Shown in pieces: positions 1-5,896 of a DNA stretch of 64,000 bases (its first letter is position 1; each line of letters starts with the position of its first letter). This stretch comes from Anaerolineaceae bacterium. Its GTDB lineage: Bacteria; Chloroflexota; Anaerolineae; Anaerolineales; Anaerolineaceae. The stretch covers positions 405 through 64,404 of the forward strand of contig JBCFBD010000007.1 of NCBI GenBank assembly GCA_038562455.1. The letters are read 5' to 3'. The position numbers were made by a program, and so were the translations under genes. The notes beneath the pieces are model-generated. The model saw only the letters and a program-made list of their open reading frames with translations, did no database searches and was not told where the DNA came from.

Positions 1-115
1 TTAACCGATTTGAAATTTAAATCGAATGTTCAGAACTCGATTTTACAAATTTCATATATTGTAAATTATGGAGTGAATTTTTTTGGGGGGGAGTTCCATG
101 TATACGTACGGTTAG

Positions 116-187
116 TGTCCCTGGAGAGATTCGAACTCTCACCTACGGCTTCGGAGGCCGGTACGCTATCCATTGCGCTACAGGGAC
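116..187 (-). tRNA. tRNA-Arg (anticodon CCG)
   Basis: The reverse complement folds as a cloverleaf. Acceptor is GTCCCTG/CAGGGAC, T-arm is GAGAG-TTCGAAT-CTCTC, and the anticodon loop is CTCCGAA. No CCA is encoded. Confidence 0.9.
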
Positions 188-214
188 GTGCAGGCTATTT
201 TACCATGTTCAGGC

Positions 215-562
215 TCAAGTGTCTGAGCGTGTGTCAGGCAAATAAAACTCTCCGTCATCATCAGATTTGCAGCTAAAGACTTTCACCACGGCTTCGAGAT
301 TCAATCGCCCATAGATGTGCGGGTACTGCTCGGAGCCCGCTTCGAGGTTCTCAAACACAATCTCAGGCGCAACACGATCCGCATCGATGGTCAGCAGCAC
401 TAGATCTTTGCGACCCGCATAAAAGCGTTTAGCCACATCGAGGATTTGCTCAGCGGTGGAGCAATGGATGAACCGGTCATTTTCAAAGGCGGCGGGAGTA
501 TAAACACCTGTAGTTAGAGCGCTCGACCAGCTTTGTACATCCGTAATGTGATATAGGATCAT
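215..562 (-). CDS. DUF952 family protein
   Basis: 115-aa ORF. MILYHIT...FIHCST..LVLL.ID...YPHIYG matches my memory of the DUF952 pattern. It overlaps the upstream gene by 4 nt. Confidence 0.75.
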   Translation of the reverse strand: MILYHITDVQSWSSALTTGVYTPAAFENDRFIHCSTAEQILDVAKRFYAGRKDLVLLTIDADRVAPEIVFENLEAGSEQYPHIYGRLNLEAVVKVFSCKSDDDGEFYLPDTRSDT

Positions 563-903
563 CTATTAAACTCCAGATTAGTGATCTCAATCGAGACTTC
601 GACCAATCCTTTGTATTCGCCATTTTCGTACCAGGGTGTTTCATGGACGAAGTACGTTTTTCCTTCAGCCCGGCTGATGTATGTGTGCGGGAGCTGCTTT
701 TCCAACATTTCATACAGCTTCGTCCGCGCAGGCTCGGGGTGGCAGTTCAGTAGGGATTTACCCAACAGGTCTTTTCCGCCATCCGGCTCAAATTCGGAGA
801 TCGAAGCCTGATTCATGTACACAATAATACCGGTTTTATCGCATACGGTTATTGGGAATGCAACTTCGTCGAACCAACCAGTATCTTCAATCCACATAAT
901 CAC
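559..903 (-). CDS. Stand-alone PAS domain protein
   Basis: 114-aa ORF with a PAS-like core (ITVCDKTGIIVYMNQA...GKSLLNCHPEP...). Confidence 0.65.
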   Translation of the reverse strand: MIMWIEDTGWFDEVAFPITVCDKTGIIVYMNQASISEFEPDGGKDLLGKSLLNCHPEPARTKLYEMLEKQLPHTYISRAEGKTYFVHETPWYENGEYKGLVEVSIEITNLEFNR

Positions 904-905
904 TC

Positions 906-1886
906 CTATAGACCTAGAATTTTGGTAATTTCAGCAGATAATACTCCGGGATCCTCGATCGAAAAGATCTTTTTACGGCTCTCCACAGTTGTGAGCAACC
1001 CATTCAGATAGCGAGAAAGGTGCTTTCTGAACAAGACGGTGCCAACGCGTGGGGAATAAAGCGCAACCATACCAGCTAAATGTCTGCTAATAACCGCAAA
1101 CAACTCCTGGTGGGAAATCTCCTCGCGACTCTGACCGCCAAACACCCATGGGTTGCCAATCGCAGCGCGGCCAATCATCACCGCGTCACAACCGGTGTGC
1201 GCAATCATCTGCAGCGCCTGTTGTTTGGAGTTAACGTCGCCATTACCGATGACTGGGATGGTTACCAGTGCTTTAACTTCGGCGATCGCATCCCAATCTG
1301 CATTGCCCTGGTACTGCTGACTGCGTGTCTTGGCGTGCACTGTGATCGCACTGATACCGCAATCATCAAGAATGCGGGCAATTTCGAGGTAATTGCGAGT
1401 TTTTTCGTCCCAACCCAGCCTGATCTTGGCGGTGATTGGGAGCGGTAAGTTATTGACCATGTCACAAGCGATTTGATGCACTTTTTGTGGATGCTTCAAT
1501 AGCCCAGCGCCGGCTCCACGGTTGCTGACGTTACGGGCTGAGCAACCCATGTTTATATCCACCAGGTCAGGCTTGTACTGTGCGAGTTTAATGGATGCCT
1601 CGAGCAAACGTGCGGGGTCGTCATCAAAGACCTGGTAGCTGAAAGGGCGCTCGTGGGCGGAGAACTCAGTTTTGTACTTGAGATGCGGATGTCCGTACTT
1701 CACATCAATCCCGTTGACAAATTCTGAAGTACTCAAAGCAGAGCCAAATTCGCGGCAAAGACTGCGGAAAGGGGAATCAGTGTAGCCATCCATGGGCGCG
1801 AGCAGAAGTCGGCCATGGATCTGCACGGGGCCAATGTAGAAGGGGGAAGCGAGAAAATCTGTTGTTTGCATGGTATATCCAGTCAA
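906..1886 (-). CDS. dus: tRNA-dihydrouridine synthase (Dus family)
   Basis: 326 aa. LLAPMDGYTDSPFR, DINMGCS and a TIM-barrel flavoenzyme pattern are typical of Dus. Confidence 0.85.
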   Translation of the reverse strand: MTGYTMQTTDFLASPFYIGPVQIHGRLLLAPMDGYTDSPFRSLCREFGSALSTSEFVNGIDVKYGHPHLKYKTEFSAHERPFSYQVFDDDPARLLEASIKLAQYKPDLVDINMGCSARNVSNRGAGAGLLKHPQKVHQIACDMVNNLPLPITAKIRLGWDEKTRNYLEIARILDDCGISAITVHAKTRSQQYQGNADWDAIAEVKALVTIPVIGNGDVNSKQQALQMIAHTGCDAVMIGRAAIGNPWVFGGQSREEISHQELFAVISRHLAGMVALYSPRVGTVLFRKHLSRYLNGLLTTVESRKKIFSIEDPGVLSAEITKILGL

Positions 1887-1963
1887 TTATAAGGGACAAT
1901 CAACAACTATTTTGAAATTGCGTGTAGGCAACTAATCACACCAACAAAAAAGACAAGAAATAC

Positions 1964-1991
1964 TTGACAATGAACAAATGTTCTATATAAT
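1964..1991 (+). promoter_or_regulatory. Near-consensus sigma-70-type promoter (TTGACA-16 nt-TATAAT) ending 6 nt before the ATG at 1998
   Basis: TTGACA at 1964-1969 and TATAAT at 1986-1991. The ATG at 1998 lies where a TSS is expected, so the mRNA may be leaderless. Confidence 0.5.
1972..1983. promoter_or_regulatory. LexA-type SOS (Cheo) box GAACAAATGTTC inside the promoter spacer
   Basis: Perfect palindromic GAAC-N4-GTTC. The extended sequence TGAACAAATGTTCT is close to the Gram-positive consensus CGAACN4GTTCG. Confidence 0.5.
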
Positions 1992-1997
1992 AAGATT

Positions 1998-2588
1998 ATG
2001 AAACATACATACATGGAAGGAAATGGTTTAACAAGTCCAGAAGTCGGGCTCCCGCGCGGACTGCTGGTGATCTTCGGCGAACACAGCGGGGCGGCGCGGA
2101 TGCTCGACCTGACTGCCGGGCTTTCCTTACGCGGGCCGCTATACCTGCTGGATTGCGGCAACCGCAGCAACATGTACCGGGTGGCGCGCACGCTGCGAAC
2201 ATTGACCGATGACCCGGTGGCGGTGATGCGCAATATCCGTCTTTCGCGTGCGTTTACCTGCTACCAGGTGGTCGCGCTGCTGGAAAAGGTGGCTGCCAGT
2301 CCTTCCGCACCGGTGCTGGTGCTGGATCTGCTCGACACGTTCATGGACGAAAGCGTGCAACTGCGTGAAAGCAGCCTGCTCTTTGATTCCACGCTGCAGC
2401 ACTTGCTGACAGTGGGGCAGACCGTACCCGTGGTGGTGAGCGCAAAGCCGCTCCTGACGCTTTCTGCGCCGCGCTTCGGGCTACTGGAGCAATTGAAAGC
2501 CGCCGCGGCTGAGGTGTGGGAGGAGACCGCTCTGTATCCTGCGCGTCCAGCGGCAAGCACGCAATTGCCTTTACTCCCTGATTATTGA
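1998..2588 (+). CDS. Hypothetical protein, possibly RecA-superfamily (ImuA/SulA-like) with a degenerate Walker A
   Basis: 196 aa. GLPRGLLVIFGEHSGAAR sits where G-P-G-x-ITEI-G-GxGK[ST] is found in RecA-like cores. A hydrophobic strand plus acidic residues (VLVLDLLDTFMDE) resembles Walker B. The gene is GC-rich and is followed by GAGGAGG, the RBS of the next gene. Confidence 0.4.
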   Translation: MKHTYMEGNGLTSPEVGLPRGLLVIFGEHSGAARMLDLTAGLSLRGPLYLLDCGNRSNMYRVARTLRTLTDDPVAVMRNIRLSRAFTCYQVVALLEKVAASPSAPVLVLDLLDTFMDESVQLRESSLLFDSTLQHLLTVGQTVPVVVSAKPLLTLSAPRFGLLEQLKAAAAEVWEETALYPARPAASTQLPLLPDY

Positions 2589-5300
2589 GGAGGTGCTATG
2601 GGTAGAACGATTCTTTCAGCGACGCAAACCTGGATGGAAGAGGATAAAGCCCTGCGGCGGTTTGTGCGCGCACTGCGCAAAGCTGACCAGGACCTGGTGC
2701 AGGAACTACTGGCGCTTTCACGGCGGCATATCGCCGAGGCTTCATACGCAAGCAACCTTTACCCCATGGATATTTACCTGATGTCGATGCTGCTGGAGAC
2801 CTTTCGCAAAGTGAAACAGCTCGAACGACAGTTGGAGGCGCTCGGGGTACAGCCGGAAGAACACACCACGCTTGATCCGGAGTTCCCGGAACTTCCTACG
2901 CTGGTGGAACTGATTTCACCGGCGCGGGAGGGGGCGCGCGTTGGGGAGCAGAAGCCTCCCGCGGGCGTGGAGTACGTGGACCTGCAGGACGGCGCCTGAC
3001 GATGACTGCGCGGTGGCGGGGTTGGCTGCTCGACCTCTACGAGGATGAAGCAGATGGACTACGAATGTGGTTCATCACCGAGGAGGATACGCGGGTATGC
3101 CTGCACCAGCCGCTAGAGGTGGTTTTCTACGCCAGTGGTGATCCTGCCCAGTTGCGTTCTCTATGGGTGACGCTGCGGCGCTACCCGGAAGTGCTTTCAC
3201 TGGCACGCGAGATGCGTCGCGATGCCTTCATGCCCGAGCCGGTCACCGTGCTCAAGGTGACGGTCGACAGCCCGCGCCATCAGTCGCGCATTTTCAGAGA
3301 GATCATGCAGCGTTACCCGCGCCTGGTCTATTATGACGCCGATCTTTCTTCCAATATCCGGCACGCGGCGCGGTATGGCACTTTCCCGATGGCTTTCTGC
3401 GATGTCGAACATGACGAGGCGGGGCGTATTCTCTCTTTGCAGGTGTTGAACTCGCGCTGGGACCTGGCGGCGGTGCACCCGGTTTTCCGCATACTTACCC
3501 TGGAACCGGATTGCGATCCGGGGCGGGGTGAACCCTCTGCGCTCAAGCTGCAGTTTGGTCGGCGCAAACAGACGCTCATGCTGCAACCGGCTGGCGAGTT
3601 GATCCGCAAATTGAATCAGGTACTGCAACAGGAGGACCCCGACTTTGTGTTGACCAGTTGGGGAGACACCTGGCTAATCCCCACACTGCTGGAACTGGCA
3701 AAACAGAGCGGCGAAAAATTGCTTTTCAACCGGGACGAGCAGCGGGAGGTCGCCTGGCAAAAGGAACTGTCGTATTTTTCCTACGGGCAGATCGTTTTTC
3801 GTCCGGAGGAGGCGCATTTGTTCGGCCGCTGCCACATCGACCAGAAAAGCGCGATGATGTGGCGGGATTACGGGCTGGATGGTGTGCTGGAATCCGCGCG
3901 GGTGACGACGCTGCCGATCGAAAATGCTGCCCGCGTGTCGCCGGGTTCCGGCATTTCCGCGATGCAGATGCTCACCGCCCTCGAGCTGGGCATTCTCGTG
4001 CCGTGGCATAAACAGCAGGTGGAAGTCTTCAAAGATGGCATCGACCTCATTCAACGCGACCGCGGCGGATTGATCTACCAGCCGCTCGTCGGGCTGCACG
4101 CCAACATCGCCCAGGTTGATTTCATCTCCATGTACCCGGCGATCATCATCAAGGGCAACATATCGCCTGAAGTGCCGCTACCGAATGGGATCATCCCTGC
4201 CAGTGAGGAATTGGGTGTGGTTCCCCTGACGCTCAAGCCGCTGTACGAGAAGCGTGTGGCGCTAAAACTACGCGGCGCGGGCAAAGCCAGGGATGACCGT
4301 CTGCTGCGGCGTGACAGCGCGCGTGCTTCTGCGCTGAAATGGCTGCTGGTGGTGTGCTTCGGTTTCCTGGGATACAAGAATGCCCGCTTTGGGCGCATCG
4401 AGGCGCACGAGGCGGTGACCAACGGCGGGCGCGAGGTATTGCTGCGGGCAAAAGAGGTGGCAGAATCAATGGGGTGCGAAGTGTTGCACATGTACGTGGA
4501 TGCCCTGTGGCTCAAGCGCCCGGGTTGTACCCGCAAAGAGGATTTTCAGGATGTGCTGGACGAGATCTCGCTGCAAACCGGTCTGGGCGTATCTCTGGAC
4601 GGCATCTACCGGTGGGTGGCTTTTTTGCCTTCGCGCATGGACGAGCGGGTGCCGGTTGCGAACCGCTATTTCGGGGTCTTCCAGGATGGGTCGATGAAGG
4701 TACGCGGTATCGAGGCCCGGCGGCGGGATACCCCCCCATGGATCGCCGAGACGCAGATAAAAATGCTTGAGCGGCTGAGCCGTGCCGGCAGCGTAAAGGA
4801 CCTGCCGGGCAGCCTGGAGATGGCTTTCGAGATCTTCCAGAAAGCATTGGCAGACCTACGGGCAGGCAAGGTGCCGTTGGAAAAACTGGTGGTGACCTCC
4901 CGGGTCAGCCATGAGTTGGAGGCCTATCGCTCGCCGACCCCTGCCGCGCGCGCCGCACTGCAGATTCATGCACAAACCGGTAAGCAGGCACGCCCCGGGC
5001 AGAAAGTGCGCTTTCTCTACACGCGGGGCGAGAGCGATGTGCGCGCGTGGGAATTACCGGGAAAAATCAACCCGAACGATGTAGACAGAGTAAAATATAC
5101 CGAGTTACTCGCGCGCGCAGCCGCCAGCGTGTTTCATCCATTCGGCATTCGTGATGCGCAATTGAAGGAATGGGCGCACACACAATCACTGGCGTTGGAA
5201 TTTGGGTTTGAGCAGGAGGTGCCGCATGTGCGGAAGGTTCGCCATCATGTTCGATCCGGAAGAGCTGGGGCAGAAGTTGGAGTTGGGGGATCTGCCACCT
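2035..5300. other. Compositional (GC-rich) island relative to the flanks
   Basis: Hand counts of G+C per 60 nt. Inside the island: 2041-2100 = 43, 3481-3540 = 37, 4321-4380 = 33. In the flanks: 1921-1980 = 21, 5881-5940 = 25. Confidence 0.6.
2598..2999 (+). CDS. Hypothetical small helical protein
   Basis: 133 aa with a GAGGAGG RBS 6 nt upstream. The stop lies 2 nt before the polB-like ATG. No family recognised. Confidence 0.55.
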   Translation: MGRTILSATQTWMEEDKALRRFVRALRKADQDLVQELLALSRRHIAEASYASNLYPMDIYLMSMLLETFRKVKQLERQLEALGVQPEEHTTLDPEFPELPTLVELISPAREGARVGEQKPPAGVEYVDLQDGA

Positions 5301-5302
5301 GA
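3002..5302 (+). CDS. Family-B DNA polymerase homolog with degenerate exonuclease and polymerase motifs
   Basis: 766 aa. Motif A is DFISMYPAII (about 4118). Motif B-like is KWLLVVCFGFLGY (4337). The motif C position reads YVDALW (4493-4510). ANRY (4658) sits where KKRY is expected. GIEARRRD and an archaeal/Pol II-like N-terminus (GWLLDLY) are also present. Confidence 0.8.
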   Translation: MTARWRGWLLDLYEDEADGLRMWFITEEDTRVCLHQPLEVVFYASGDPAQLRSLWVTLRRYPEVLSLAREMRRDAFMPEPVTVLKVTVDSPRHQSRIFREIMQRYPRLVYYDADLSSNIRHAARYGTFPMAFCDVEHDEAGRILSLQVLNSRWDLAAVHPVFRILTLEPDCDPGRGEPSALKLQFGRRKQTLMLQPAGELIRKLNQVLQQEDPDFVLTSWGDTWLIPTLLELAKQSGEKLLFNRDEQREVAWQKELSYFSYGQIVFRPEEAHLFGRCHIDQKSAMMWRDYGLDGVLESARVTTLPIENAARVSPGSGISAMQMLTALELGILVPWHKQQVEVFKDGIDLIQRDRGGLIYQPLVGLHANIAQVDFISMYPAIIIKGNISPEVPLPNGIIPASEELGVVPLTLKPLYEKRVALKLRGAGKARDDRLLRRDSARASALKWLLVVCFGFLGYKNARFGRIEAHEAVTNGGREVLLRAKEVAESMGCEVLHMYVDALWLKRPGCTRKEDFQDVLDEISLQTGLGVSLDGIYRWVAFLPSRMDERVPVANRYFGVFQDGSMKVRGIEARRRDTPPWIAETQIKMLERLSRAGSVKDLPGSLEMAFEIFQKALADLRAGKVPLEKLVVTSRVSHELEAYRSPTPAARAALQIHAQTGKQARPGQKVRFLYTRGESDVRAWELPGKINPNDVDRVKYTELLARAAASVFHPFGIRDAQLKEWAHTQSLALEFGFEQEVPHVRKVRHHVRSGRAGAEVGVGGSAT

Positions 5303-5840
5303 CCTGAAATCGAACAGCAATATCTCTCCCGGAACGAATATTCCTGTCGTGTTGGATGCCGTAGACCGAAATGTGAAGATGTTTCGCTGGGGGTTGATCC
5401 CCGGCTGGGCGAAGGATGTTTCTGTGGGATACAAGATGATCAACGCGCGTGCAGAAACAATTGATGAAAAGCCGTCATTTCGCGTAGCTTTTCAACGCCG
5501 GCGCTGCCTGATTCCGGCAGATGGATTTTACGAGTGGAAAATCGAGGATGGGCATAAATATCCTTATTTGTTCACTCTTAAAGATAGAAAGCCATTCACG
5601 TTTGCAGGGTTGTGGGAAACCTGGCGCAGCCAGGAGGGCGGCGAGATCAACAGTTGCACAATCATTACGACGGAGCCGAATAGCCTGGTCGCGCAATACC
5701 ATAACCGTATGCCAGTAATCTTGGGGTACGAGAACCGTTGGCGCTGGCTGGAAGAAAGAACAAAGGAAGAACTCAAGGCGATGCTGATTCCTTGTCAGAG
5801 CGGGATCATGGATATTCCTCAACAGGTCAATCGTCTATAA
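5226..5840 (+). CDS. SOS response-associated peptidase (SRAP/YedK family, abasic-site processing protein)
   Basis: Start set at MCGRF (Cys2 is the catalytic residue in this family). NARAE, GFYEW and YHNRMPVIL are present. It overlaps the polB-like 3' end by 77 nt in another frame. Confidence 0.85.
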   Translation: MCGRFAIMFDPEELGQKLELGDLPPDLKSNSNISPGTNIPVVLDAVDRNVKMFRWGLIPGWAKDVSVGYKMINARAETIDEKPSFRVAFQRRRCLIPADGFYEWKIEDGHKYPYLFTLKDRKPFTFAGLWETWRSQEGGEINSCTIITTEPNSLVAQYHNRMPVILGYENRWRWLEERTKEELKAMLIPCQSGIMDIPQQVNRL

Positions 5841-5896
5841 TTTGATCGATAAGGCTATAATTGATCATATACCAATAAGAAAAAAGAGGGCATACT

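Noticed and set aside
12-55. Imperfect inverted repeat GAAATTTAAATCGA...TCGATTTTACAAATTTC downstream of tRNA-Arg(CCG)
   Set aside because: The stem is AT-rich and interrupted, and no T-tract follows on the relevant strand. It is too weak to call a terminator. The embedded GTTC-AG-AAC has the wrong half-site order for a LexA box.
10-276. 88-aa plus-strand ORF at the left edge
   Set aside because: It runs straight across the minus-strand tRNA-Arg(CCG) at 116-187 and the DUF952 3' end. It has no RBS and no recognisable family, so it is spurious.
5202-5225. Upstream ATG given by the ORF track for the SRAP gene
   Set aside because: SRAP chemistry requires Cys at position 2, so the MCGRF start at 5226 is the only start compatible with the family.
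1907-5443. Many 60-150-aa antisense or alternative-frame ORFs inside the GC-rich cassette (for example 3197-3628, 3674-4099, 4075-4536, 4339-4770)
   Set aside because: High GC depletes stop codons in all frames. The translations are Arg/Ala/Pro/Gly-rich with no motifs, and they overlap well-supported sense genes.
1998-5840. Reading the PolB cassette as a pipolin, casposon or other self-synthesising mobile element
   Set aside because: No integrase, Cas1, terminal inverted repeats, direct repeats or tRNA junction is visible at the borders. The PolB looks catalytically degenerate rather than a replicative or primer-independent enzyme. The SOS box and SRAP point to repair instead.
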